Source of the DNA: an uncultured Bacilli bacterium
Lineage (GTDB): Bacteria; Bacillota_I; Bacilli_A; RF39; UBA660
Length of the DNA: 64,000 nt
Direction: 5' to 3'
NCBI GenBank assembly: GCA_934129885.1
Contig: CAKOWU010000006.1
Coordinates: forward strand, 12,695-76,694
In this document: in pieces, positions 17,617 to 29,342 of the stretch
Position numbering within the stretch: the first letter of the stretch is position 1
Layout of the letters: each line of letters begins with the position of its first letter
Program-made: the position numbers and the translations under genes
Notes under the pieces: generated by a model
What the model was told of the DNA's origin: nothing
The model's input: the letters and a program-made list of their open reading frames with translations, nothing else
The model's database searches: none

Positions 17617-17675
17617 GTGCTATTGCAAAGAAAGGTGTGATGTGATATGATAGTAATCATCAAGAAAAAATCAAT

Positions 17676-17918
17676 ATGAGTAAAGAACTCTATTCTAAAA
17701 TTGAATGGACTTGCACATTTCAGAAGAAAGACTTTAAAATTCTTGGGGGTCATCTTCGTATTGTGAAGCATACCAATTTAGCGTATGTGGAACCACATAG
17801 GGTTATTATTGATAACAAACTATATTTGTTCTTTAATGACCAAACATATTTCTATATTGGGAACCTAGAAAAGAAAATTCCCTTATCCGAATTATCAAAT
17901 TACATAGCAAGGCATTAA
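17676..17918 (+). CDS. Hypothetical protein
   Basis: 80-aa ORF upstream of the recombinase. No motif recognised. Confidence 0.45.
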   Translation: MSKELYSKIEWTCTFQKKDFKILGGHLRIVKHTNLAYVEPHRVIIDNKLYLFFNDQTYFYIGNLEKKIPLSELSNYIARH

Positions 17919-17994
17919 GAATTTTAGAATTTTAAAAAATTGCTTTATATTGATTGTTTTGTCGTGCAAATAATCAAATAAATTCTAAAATTGA

Positions 17995-19875
<1,881 letters not shown>

Positions 19876-19892
19876 AAAGAGTATGATGAAAA

Positions 19893-20246
19893 ATGAAAAT
19901 AAACTATATTAAAAATGGTGATTATTATTTACCAGACTTAAATTTAAATGAAGAAAAACAAGAAAATATTGGAAGATACGGAATATTAAGATTACGTTAT
20001 ATTAAAGAAAACAAAAAAGAACTTTATACTCATTTATTAATGACAAATAAATTAAATTATCATTTAAGGTTAATTAACGAAGTTTGTGAAACTAGATTTA
20101 AAGTTTTAATGGAAGATTTTATTAAAAATGATAAAAGACTAACCGAAAAAAGCAAAGCGAAAAATGGACTTGAGTGGACTAAAATTATGAATAACTATAA
20201 GAATGCTGCTGAAGAAATGATTATGAGTGAACTAATTTATGTTTAG
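19893..20246 (+). CDS. TnpV-like transposon protein
   Basis: 'YIKNGDYYLPDL...GRYGILRLRYIKENKKELYTHLLMTNKLNYHL' matches my memory of TnpV of Tn4451-type elements. Confidence 0.75.
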   Translation: MKINYIKNGDYYLPDLNLNEEKQENIGRYGILRLRYIKENKKELYTHLLMTNKLNYHLRLINEVCETRFKVLMEDFIKNDKRLTEKSKAKNGLEWTKIMNNYKNAAEEMIMSELIYV

Positions 20247-20330
20247 TTTCTCTCTATCTTCCATCATAAGCAAGCAACGTGTTTTTACTCCCATCACAAA
20301 AAACACACTAAACAGAAAGATTTTTATCTA

Positions 20331-21641
20331 ATGGCTGTTACTAAAATATGGAAGATAAAAAATAATTTAAAGCATTCTATAAATTATATAGTTAATCATG
20401 AAAAAACTTTAAACACTGAGTATGGAAAAAATGTATATGATGAATTTCATTTAGATAATAAACCTAATTATAAAAACGAATTGTCTCATTATATTACAGG
20501 AGTTAATTGTCTAGCAAATACGGCATATGAAGATATGATGATGACTAAACAGCAATACGGCAAAGAGGATGGCATTATTGCCTATCATGCATATCAATCT
20601 TTTAATGATGATATTACTCCTGAACTTGCTCATGAAATTGGTATTAAACTAGCTGAAGAAATGTGAAATGATTTTGAAGTAGTTGTTGCTACTCATCAAA
20701 ATACTAATCATATTCATAATCATTTCATAATTAATTCTGTTTCATATTATACGGATAAAAAATATAACAATAATAGACCTAATTTGGCTAAATTGAGGCA
20801 TATATCCGATGCTTTATGTGAAGAATATGGACTAACTACTTTAAATGAAAAAAGTGAATATAAAAACACTTATAAGTATAAAGTGTTAGATAACGATTAT
20901 TATAAAGTAGTTAAAGAAGATATAGATGATATTCTTAGCTATTCAATTACCTATGACCAATTTATAAACAGATTAAAAAAATTAAATTATAAAGTTTATA
21001 ACAATTATGGTAAACTTACTATTTATAAAGAAGGTTTTGATAAGGTTAGAATTGAAAAAGCATTTGGTGAAGATTATTGTATTGATAAAATTAAAGATAA
21101 ACTATATAACAACAAATATTCAAATCAAATTGCCTTCAAACCAAAATCCCAAAAGTCTATATTTGAAAAGTTTTTATCTATTACCAATAATAAGCATAAA
21201 GGAATACTTGGTTTATACTATTATTATTGCTATTTATTAGGTGTATTTCCAAAAGAAAATCCTAAACAATATTTGCCTTATTCAATAAGAAAAGAAATTA
21301 AAAAAATGGAACAATATTCTGAAGAAGCAAGGTTTATGGTTTCCAATAAAATTGAAACTAAAGATGATTTAGAAATTTTATTAAAAAATACAGAGGAGCA
21401 ATATTATAAATCAACTAGTGATAGAACAAATTTATGGACAAGACATCGTAGAGCAAAAACTGACGATGTTAAAAATGAAATTAAATCTAAAATAGATGAA
21501 ATTCAACCTAAAATTAAGGAACTTCGTAAACAAATTAAGTATTGTAAAAATATTAAAGAAAGATCTGAAGAAATGCAAAATAATATTAATAATTTTGATA
21601 AAGATTTAGCCAAAGAAAAAGACAAGTCATGGTCTAGATAA
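20331..21641 (+). pseudogene. MobA/VirD2-family relaxase interrupted by an in-frame TGA (20664-20666)
   Basis: The ORFs at 20331-20666 and 20784-21641 are in the same frame. The read-through segment contains the His triad 'ATHQNTNHIHNHFIINSVS'. Confidence 0.8.
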
Positions 21642-21658
21642 CCTGATTTGTCTTTTTA

Positions 21659-23893
21659 TTATTTGTGTTTCATTCCATAGTCAGTTATTACACCATCATA
21701 GTTTTCAATACTACCATCCATTTTATCTTCAGAAATCATTGACATTGGAATCACCATAGTTTTAGGGCTTTCTTTTTTTAAGGTGTATTCTGTATCATCA
21801 GCATATTCCCTTGCTGATTTTACTTCTAAATCATAAGAATGTAATTTATCAATAAATGTATTTAGGCTTTCATTACCCTCTCTAAAATAAACTCTAAAAG
21901 CTTCTTTGACTATTACATTTGATAAAGGTATATCATTATTCTTCAAAGTTTCTATAACCTCTTTTGAGTTTTCTTCAGTTATCTCAATTACATTATTATT
22001 TAAATCTAATATAGAATGTTTTACAGCTTTACCTTTATCATAGAAATATTCTTCTGGTTTGTACTGCCTTAAATATTGTAATGAATGACTTTTTAAAACT
22101 GAAAATCTTTCATTATCAGATAAATTCTTAAAACTTTCTTTTTTTGTATCAATATATAAAGTATTAAAGAAAGTTATTACTTCACCAAGTTTTTCATTTG
22201 GTATATCAACATCATTTGTAATCCAATTATTATCTAACGATTCATAAATTTTATGCAAATTACCAATAGAAACACCACTCTTTGCTAATAAATAAGAAAG
22301 CTTTATTTTTTGTTCATTATTTAATGCTTTCGCATTTCTACCAACATTACGAAGTTTTGGATTATATCTAACTTTTCCAAGTGAATCAACAATAACACTC
22401 ATTTTTTTAATGTTTTTAATCATAATATTTTTAAATCGGTATGAATTATCATTCAATGTTTTTTGAATTGCAATATATTGTTCTGGATATTTATCTTTCA
22501 TTTTTTCTAAAACATTATCAATAAAAACTATATCAACGCCATATTCATCAGATAATTGCTCTTTTGTTTTTAAAGTTTTAGGTAAATTATACAATTCTAT
22601 TTCAATTTGCTTTTCATTTTCTTCTGTTTTTATAACTTTTTGCATATCAGAATTTGGCATTATGCTTTCTGGATTATTTTTTGCATATTCAATCATTTCA
22701 TCAGTTAAATATTGCTTAGAAATTAAATTAATGTTTTTAGTTTTTTCAAAAATTTCATTATAAAAATTAGTAAGATAATTCTTTTTTTTAGTTTTAGGTA
22801 CTTCAAGTAATTTTTTTTCAAGGAATTTATCAACCATTTTTTTAGTTATATAACCCATTGGAACATATTCAAAATCCTCAATTGTTAGTGAACCTTTGTG
22901 CAAGTTATCGCTTTTTATATATCTATAACTATCTTTTGAATTACGATTTACATTATATATGAATATTTCTTCAATTTGTTCTTTCAAAGTTTGTCTTTTT
23001 AATGTGTAATTATAAAACTTAGAAAAACTTTCAACATATATACTGGCTAATTCTTCTGTTTGAAATTTTCTTGGAATCTGTCTTATACTATAATAAGACC
23101 TTCTGATGCATTCATTACACATTTCTTGGGTCGTATATTCTTCTGGAATATTAGAAATACTTCCACCATGATTTATATAATAATTACACAAATCTTGCGT
23201 TATGTATTCTTCTGGCACCCTTGTTAATGAGAAATATTTTTCATTATCTATTTTTCTCATAAAAAAGTATTCAAAAGCATATTCTCTATATTTGCCCTTA
23301 ACATCACTTGGATGTCCACCATTTTGAATATATTGTTCGCACATTTCTTTTGTCAAAAATTCTTTGGGAATACCACGAATGTCCCCTGTTTTATTAAACC
23401 AAAAATTGCAAAGAGTAGAATTTTTTTTATCGCTAGGTATACTAAGTCTAAAGACATAAGGGTCATCATATTTCTCAAAATATGCCTCACACATTTCATT
23501 TGTTAAAAATTGTTCTGGTATATACTGTATAAATGTCTTTGAATTGTGTGTTTCATTAGAAGACATACATTCTTCAAAATATTCATTACACATTTCTTGA
23601 GTTACGAATTCTTCTGGTATTCCCCTAAGGTCATGCTTCCATTCATACCAAAGATTACATATAAATGCATTTCTTTTATCTTCATTAATGCTATTTAGAT
23701 TATGAGACGCGAAATATCTTCTGCACATATCTTCTGTAATATATTCTGAAGGGATTTTATTTATATCTCCCGTTTTTGCGAAAAAATCATTGCAAATCTC
23801 CTGAAAAACAGAATGTCTATATTCTTCAGGAACTTCATTAGGTTTTCCACCATTTTTCAAATAATCATAATAATATTTTTGCATTTCATCCAT
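21659..23893 (-). CDS. DUF4116-like repeat protein (744 aa)
   Basis: At least eight copies of '(I/V)P(E/K)E(Y/F)xT(Q/K/E)EMCxxY(F/I)' in the N-terminal half. The C-terminal half is unrecognised. Confidence 0.7.
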   Translation of the reverse strand: MDEMQKYYYDYLKNGGKPNEVPEEYRHSVFQEICNDFFAKTGDINKIPSEYITEDMCRRYFASHNLNSINEDKRNAFICNLWYEWKHDLRGIPEEFVTQEMCNEYFEECMSSNETHNSKTFIQYIPEQFLTNEMCEAYFEKYDDPYVFRLSIPSDKKNSTLCNFWFNKTGDIRGIPKEFLTKEMCEQYIQNGGHPSDVKGKYREYAFEYFFMRKIDNEKYFSLTRVPEEYITQDLCNYYINHGGSISNIPEEYTTQEMCNECIRRSYYSIRQIPRKFQTEELASIYVESFSKFYNYTLKRQTLKEQIEEIFIYNVNRNSKDSYRYIKSDNLHKGSLTIEDFEYVPMGYITKKMVDKFLEKKLLEVPKTKKKNYLTNFYNEIFEKTKNINLISKQYLTDEMIEYAKNNPESIMPNSDMQKVIKTEENEKQIEIELYNLPKTLKTKEQLSDEYGVDIVFIDNVLEKMKDKYPEQYIAIQKTLNDNSYRFKNIMIKNIKKMSVIVDSLGKVRYNPKLRNVGRNAKALNNEQKIKLSYLLAKSGVSIGNLHKIYESLDNNWITNDVDIPNEKLGEVITFFNTLYIDTKKESFKNLSDNERFSVLKSHSLQYLRQYKPEEYFYDKGKAVKHSILDLNNNVIEITEENSKEVIETLKNNDIPLSNVIVKEAFRVYFREGNESLNTFIDKLHSYDLEVKSAREYADDTEYTLKKESPKTMVIPMSMISEDKMDGSIENYDGVITDYGMKHK

Positions 23894-24005
23894 ATATTAT
23901 CACCTTAATTTAATTAAATTATATCAAATTAAGCATTTGCTTACAACTGTTGATTAATAAAAACATTATATTAACTAAAAAAGACATAACTAAATGGTTA
24001 TATCC

Positions 24006-24419
24006 TTAATATCTTCTTTTGAATACTTCAGTATCTTTATAAGCATCTGCTAATTCTGCATAACCTTTTCTTTTTTCTTTTAATAAAGGATGTTCTGTGC
24101 GAAGAAGATAGGTAACTAATAGTTCATATATTTCCCTATGAGTATCCATCTCTCCACCATAATTTTCTCCTACTGTGTAAGAATCAATTTTCCCTTGAAT
24201 ATCTAATTCAACTGCTCTTGCAAGTAGCTCATGGCCATCATATTTCTCATATTTCTTTAATAATTAATCAACCATCTCTTTATCATTAAGAAACATATCA
24301 GAATAATAATGTGATTCTTCATCATTATTAGCATTAAAAATTACTGATGAATATTTCCCTTTCTTGTTTTGTGATTTTAAATCATTAGTTGGTTCTTTAT
24401 AATCTCTTTCTTCATTCAT
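24006..24419 (-). pseudogene. Hypothetical gene with an in-frame TAA (24264-24266)
   Basis: 138-codon frame 'MNEERDYKEP...MVD*LLKKYEKYDGHELLARAVELD...'. It starts 3 nt after the stop of the upstream gene. Confidence 0.45.
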
Positions 24420-24421
24420 TT

Positions 24422-24838
24422 TTAATCCTCCTCTTCAAATGAAATATTAATTATTTCTTCACAAAATAATTTTATTTTATCAATAATTATATTAACAATT
24501 ATTCTTTCTTTATCTATTCTTTTACACCTAACAAATACATCTTCATCTGGGATAATATCAACCTTGTAGTCTAAATCAACGCCATTTTCCACCAAATCAT
24601 TATTTTCATAATATAAATAATCACTAATTCCTTGTCTTTCTATGATGGCATCTACTTTTAAACTTTTAAGATATTCTAAATATTCAAAACTTTCAAAACA
24701 ATGTTTTTTAGTTTTTTCTTCTTCTTCGTATGAAATCAGTAAATCAACAACTTTAATATTTGTTTTTTTAGTATGCATACTTCCAATACTATACTGAACA
24801 TTTTCGTTTTTATATACTTGGTTACCTATTTTAAACAT
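24422..24838 (-). CDS. Hypothetical protein
   Basis: 138-aa ORF. No motif recognised. Confidence 0.55.
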   Translation of the reverse strand: MFKIGNQVYKNENVQYSIGSMHTKKTNIKVVDLLISYEEEEKTKKHCFESFEYLEYLKSLKVDAIIERQGISDYLYYENNDLVENGVDLDYKVDIIPDEDVFVRCKRIDKERIIVNIIIDKIKLFCEEIINISFEEED

Positions 24839-24928
24839 CTTAAGCCTCCAATAAAAATTACAAATTACAAATGTATGTCTACAATTATTCTATCATATTT
24901 GAATAACACTGAAAAGCATTATACTACT

Positions 24929-26263
24929 TTATTTTTTAACAATCCATTCGCCGTTCTTATTAGCCCCAGATCTTTCAATATAGTCGTTATCAATTAAATA
25001 TTTTATATGATTTCTAATAGTTCTAGGAGTTACACCTAATAAATTGGCCATTTCATCTTGAGTAATTTTAGGTTTATCTTCTATTAATCCGATTATACTT
25101 TTTTGTATATTATTTAATTCAAATTTTGCATAATCAATTACAGTATGTTTTTTATTTACTTTGTTATCATACTCAAATTTATTTTGATTATATTTAATAC
25201 TAACTCTTATAAAGTGTGGATAAAAATGATAGATACTCTTATCATATTTTTTTAGTATTCTTCTAATACCTGTCCCTAAATGTTCAACCAGTTCTAAATC
25301 TCTAAACACTCTCATTAATTCAGGATTTTTAGGAGCTGAATATCCTTGTAAAAATTCTTCTTCGGTAAATTCACTTTGAATTCCACCAAATGAAGATACT
25401 TCTAATCTATCACTAAAAAATTCAAATTTAGGTGGATATTCATTAGACCAATCATTATGGACAATAGCATTTATTACAGCTTCTCTAACAGCAGTATAAT
25501 CATACATAGGTTGTTCTTTTCTTTCTGGGTATGTAATTTTAGCATATACCTTATTTTCAGTTCTAAATTTTTCTAAAACTCTATAAGTTGCTTTAATAAG
25601 TGAACAATCACCAAATTCATAATTTTCCATTAATTCATCCACGTCATCACCTACATATTTAGCAACTTTAATTGAAACTCTATTATTATCAGCTAGAAGG
25701 TATGCAACATAATTGTATTTACCATCTTTTGTATAAAATTCTAATTGTTTTTCAAAATTATCTCCAATTTCAAAACCCTTTTCAGCATAGTATATTTTTA
25801 AATCTGCAAAAGTTAAATCCTGTTTTGGAGAAACGATATTTTTTAATGAATTTTTTGTTCTTTCTCTAAACATTTTATTTATTAAGTGCTCATCCATTCT
25901 TTCATTAGAACTTCCAACTCTAATAAAACAACTATCAGGAGTCATTCCCATACCTTTCACATGATAAGGAGTATCATATCCTTTAGCAATTGTTATTTTT
26001 AAATATTTTTTATTATCTTTTTCTAATACTTCTAAATCAAACAACCCTAATACTGAGGGCTCAATACTAGAAATAATTTTATCTTTAACTTTTCTTTGTA
26101 ATAAATCCATATTATTTTTTAGTCCAACTACATTACCTTTATCATTAACTCCGATATAAATATTTCCACCATCTTTATTTAAAAAAGCAATAACTGTTTC
26201 TTCTAAATCATCAACTAATTTAACTTTAAATTCCGTTCTTGAATCTTCAATTGTTTCTATCAT
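24929..26263 (-). CDS. AlbA_2 (Schlafen-like) / HATPase_c_4 / wHTH putative transcriptional regulator (COG2865-like)
   Basis: N-terminal 'SRTEFKVKL...ETVIAFLNKDGGNIYIGVNDKGNVVGL'. C-terminal HTH 'ITQDEMANLLGVTPRTIRNHIKYLIDNDYIER'. Confidence 0.78.
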   Translation of the reverse strand: MIETIEDSRTEFKVKLVDDLEETVIAFLNKDGGNIYIGVNDKGNVVGLKNNMDLLQRKVKDKIISSIEPSVLGLFDLEVLEKDNKKYLKITIAKGYDTPYHVKGMGMTPDSCFIRVGSSNERMDEHLINKMFRERTKNSLKNIVSPKQDLTFADLKIYYAEKGFEIGDNFEKQLEFYTKDGKYNYVAYLLADNNRVSIKVAKYVGDDVDELMENYEFGDCSLIKATYRVLEKFRTENKVYAKITYPERKEQPMYDYTAVREAVINAIVHNDWSNEYPPKFEFFSDRLEVSSFGGIQSEFTEEEFLQGYSAPKNPELMRVFRDLELVEHLGTGIRRILKKYDKSIYHFYPHFIRVSIKYNQNKFEYDNKVNKKHTVIDYAKFELNNIQKSIIGLIEDKPKITQDEMANLLGVTPRTIRNHIKYLIDNDYIERSGANKNGEWIVKK

Positions 26264-26322
26264 TTTGCACCTCCATTATCATCTAAACTAATCATATCAC
26301 ATTTTCTAATATTTTCCTAGTG

Positions 26323-26374
26323 AATTTCCTAATAAATTTCCTAATAAATTTCCTAATAAATTTCCTAATAAATT
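26323..26374. repeat. Tandem 12-bp repeat 'aatttcctaata' x4 plus a partial copy
   Basis: Perfect head-to-tail copies. Degenerate copies lie just upstream (26300-22). It sits 60-110 bp upstream of the AlbA_2 gene start, in a divergent intergenic region. Confidence 0.9.
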
Positions 26375-26501
26375 ATTGTCGTAAGAAATGTTGCAAGAAA
26401 AGCCGTAAGAAAATTTAACGATTTTGTTAGAAAATGTCTAAAAATAATAAATAGAGTGTTATAATATATGACAAAGTTTTTTGATAAAGAGGTGAAAAAG
26501 T

Positions 26502-27071
26502 ATGATCATAGCATTAGCATTACAAATTATTGGTCCTATATTAACAATTATTGGTATGTTTGCAACATTTTTTATAACAAGATATAGTTGTAAAAAAGAA
26601 ATTGAAAAGATACAAAAAGAAAAATCCATTGAAAAAACAATCGATATTCCAAATAAAGCATTAAATTGTATGCATGAAATGAGCAAAAACCCAAATACAA
26701 AGAATTTAAATAAATATACAAAAGAATGGGTTGAAATAATTAATTCTATTTTTTCATATGGAAGCAAAGATGCGATAAACATATGTACCTATATACAAGA
26801 ACAAGCATATTTAAATAAAGTGAATAATTGGAATTTGCTTTGTGCTTTTAGCATTTTAATTACACAAATGAAATACGACCTTACCGATGAAATAGTATCC
26901 CCAGAATTTTATTTTAGATTAAAAATAAATGATTATGATAATATGAAGATTCAAATAATTGACATTATTAATAAAATTATAGAAGAATTAAAACTAAATA
27001 AAGAGTTTATAATTAAAAAAAGGAATATAGAAAAACAAGTAAATATAAATTCTGAAGTAAAATCTAAATAG
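26502..27071 (+). CDS. Hypothetical membrane-anchored protein
   Basis: N-terminal TM 'IIALALQIIGPILTIIGMFATFFI'. RBS 'agaggtgaaaaagtATG'. Confidence 0.6.
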   Translation: MIIALALQIIGPILTIIGMFATFFITRYSCKKEIEKIQKEKSIEKTIDIPNKALNCMHEMSKNPNTKNLNKYTKEWVEIINSIFSYGSKDAINICTYIQEQAYLNKVNNWNLLCAFSILITQMKYDLTDEIVSPEFYFRLKINDYDNMKIQIIDIINKIIEELKLNKEFIIKKRNIEKQVNINSEVKSK

Positions 27072-27327
27072 TATAATAAACCATTGCAATTTCATATAAC
27101 TTTTGTTATAATCAACTTAGTTGATTTGGTCCTTTGTGGGAATATCTTTTTGCGAATATACTTAGAATTATGGCCCCAGATGAACATACCGAGTTTAGCT
27201 TTTGTTTATAAGGGCTTGCTCGTTTTTTTTAGTTTCTGAAACAAAGATTATAAGTAAAATAATATTATAAAATGGGCTTTAGATATACAAAAAAAATAAA
27301 ACAGCATAATTTAATATATTGTTAAAA

Positions 27328-27624
27328 TTAATTTTTAATATCTAGGCAGTTAGGTAGACTATTATTATATGTGATTATAAGGATGTGCATAGCACGAGTC
27401 ATGGCAACGTATAAAAGTTTCATGTCTAAATTATTATTAGAGGAGAAATTTGTTTCATCAGCGTTGTTAATGATAACTCTATCAAATTCTAAACATTTAC
27501 ATAAATGACAAGGAATGGTGCATATACCATTATTGAAATGTTGTTCTTTATTTGTTATGTTGTTGATTTTAAATGAATCTTTTAACTCTGAATATAACAT
27601 TTTTGACCATGTTTTATATGGCAA
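27328..27624 (-). pseudogene. C-terminal remnant of a UvrD-like helicase
   Basis: 'CLEFDRVII' and 'LLYVAMTRAMHILIITY' (motifs V/VI region), with no helicase core upstream. Confidence 0.55.
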
Positions 27625-27844
27625 AAAATGTTTTTTTATTAAAAATAGATTTTATTTATTAATGTTTTTAAAGAGTTAAAAAGAAATATTAGTAACATAT
27701 GTGATATAATCAGGTTAGTGATGATACATTCATGCACGAAAATAGGTGCCAATGCACCATATTAATTAAATAATTATTTAGGGTTAAACCTTTATTTTAA
27801 CTCTCTGTGTCATCTTAAATGGTATTAAATAAAAAAACAAAGCA

Positions 27845-28243
27845 TTATTTCTGTGCTTCAATATATTCTTTAACTAGAGGAATTCTTTTTTTATCTTTTT
27901 CTCTAGTACTACTTTCTAAATATTTTAAATATTCGTTTATGTTTTGAACATAATACCCATTTACTAGTTCTGTTTGATATGAAGAAGTTCCTTTTCTATC
28001 ACAAACACATTCAATATTTTCAGTAACTTTGTACCAGCCATTTTCCTTTTGGACTAGGTTATAATGTTCTTTTAATTTTTGTAGTCCTAATTCAGTAACT
28101 ACGATATCTAAATCACCAGCATCCTGCAATATATTTCTTAATACTAAAGCACCTGATGAGACTACATAAAATTCTTCTTTTGGAATGTTAAGTTCCGAAA
28201 TTAAATTTAACAGCTCTTGTTTACTCATTCTACTATTTTCCAT
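27845..28243 (-). CDS. Hypothetical protein, possibly nucleotidyltransferase fold
   Basis: 'VVSSGALVLRNILQDAGDLDIVV' resembles a G[SG]...DxD NTase signature. The functional call is weak. Confidence 0.5.
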   Translation of the reverse strand: MENSRMSKQELLNLISELNIPKEEFYVVSSGALVLRNILQDAGDLDIVVTELGLQKLKEHYNLVQKENGWYKVTENIECVCDRKGTSSYQTELVNGYYVQNINEYLKYLESSTREKDKKRIPLVKEYIEAQK

Positions 28244-28417
28244 AAATACCTCACTTCCTTTATTATATTATATATGATATTTAATTGGTTTTAAATATTA
28301 ATAAGTATTTTTTTGAGTTAGTGTTTGCGTATTATGCTTATTAATGCTATAATTCGATATGTAGTGATATTTAATTATAATATCATATCAAAATTATTTG
28401 GAGGTTATTTGGTTACT

Positions 28418-29254
28418 ATGAATTTAGAAGAAAATGTACACGTGAATATTGATAGGATTAATGAAATTGATATGCGTATAAATGAACTTGAAAAGTTAAA
28501 AGTGAATAAATTTAATGATTTAAATAAGGCTGAAGAGAGACTTGCCGAATTAAGGCAAAGACGCGAATTACTTATAACTCTGGTGGAAAATTTTAAAAAT
28601 GACCCTGATATAAAACGTCTTTATATTAACAGAAATGCATCTTTAGGCAGAGTTAGTCTTAATTTAAAAAGACTTAAGACATTACAGCAAATGACAATAA
28701 GTGGTGTGTCTAAAGTAGAGCGCAAAGATATTTCTCTACCTTACTATGATGATTTAGGTGCTAAAATAGCAGCTAATACGAAAAGGGTTGGTCTTGGGCT
28801 TTTAGTTTTTATGGCATTTCGTAAGGGAAATCTTTTAGAGGTAATTTCATCATTAGGTTTATCTTTGTATTTAGGTAGTAAAGTAGAAAAATCTAAAGAA
28901 TATATTTCAGTAGATAGAGCCTATGCTGAATGCGAAAGAAAACTTTCTACCGCAAGAGAACAGTTCTATACTGCTGAAGGTAAGGTAACGAAGTTAGAAG
29001 AATTGATTAGGTTATTCAATGAGGTATATAGTTCTGATGAATTATTATATTATATAGATGAATGGACAAAAACAGTTTTTGAGATAAAGGACTTGATATT
29101 GCAGATCGATAATGAAATTTTGGTGTTGTTAAAAGAAAAAACATTACTGGAAAATGTTCCTGTAAACGCAGAGGTTAATATTAATACAAATGATGACAAG
29201 GTAAGAAAGATAGGCCTTTTTAAGCCTGCTGATACATCTAAAGATGAATTGTAA
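28418..29254 (+). CDS. Hypothetical coiled-coil protein with a central hydrophobic segment
   Basis: ATG at 28418 follows 'ggaggt'. The longer ORF from 28325 lacks an RBS. Confidence 0.6.
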   Translation: MNLEENVHVNIDRINEIDMRINELEKLKVNKFNDLNKAEERLAELRQRRELLITLVENFKNDPDIKRLYINRNASLGRVSLNLKRLKTLQQMTISGVSKVERKDISLPYYDDLGAKIAANTKRVGLGLLVFMAFRKGNLLEVISSLGLSLYLGSKVEKSKEYISVDRAYAECERKLSTAREQFYTAEGKVTKLEELIRLFNEVYSSDELLYYIDEWTKTVFEIKDLILQIDNEILVLLKEKTLLENVPVNAEVNINTNDDKVRKIGLFKPADTSKDEL

Positions 29255-29342
29255 AATTATATACAATATTTTTACGTTTTACGGATTTACGTATGAATGT
29301 TATGCCTTTTACCTTTTATTGTTTTTGTGATGAGGTTTTGAT

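Noticed and set aside
20664-20666. Idea that TGA encodes Trp here (Mollicutes-type genetic code 4), prompted by TGA at Trp positions in the relaxase and in the 51.2-51.9 kb pseudogene.
   Set aside because: Trp is encoded by TGG throughout the intact genes (typA, pyrG, addA and others). TGA terminates intact genes, for example the helicase at 10621-10623 and the methyltransferase at 55052-55054. One of the Trp-position stops is TAG, which no such code explains. Decay by G->A mutation is the simpler reading.
26323-26374. Possible CRISPR array.
   Set aside because: The repeats are 12-bp units directly abutting, with no spacers. No cas genes are in the window.
27160-27185. 'ggccccaga' resembling the 3' end of tRNA-His ('cgccccaga') as an att duplication.
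   Set aside because: Only about 8 nt match. Serine recombinases do not generate long tRNA-end duplications, and the dyad at 27111-27125 is a better boundary candidate.
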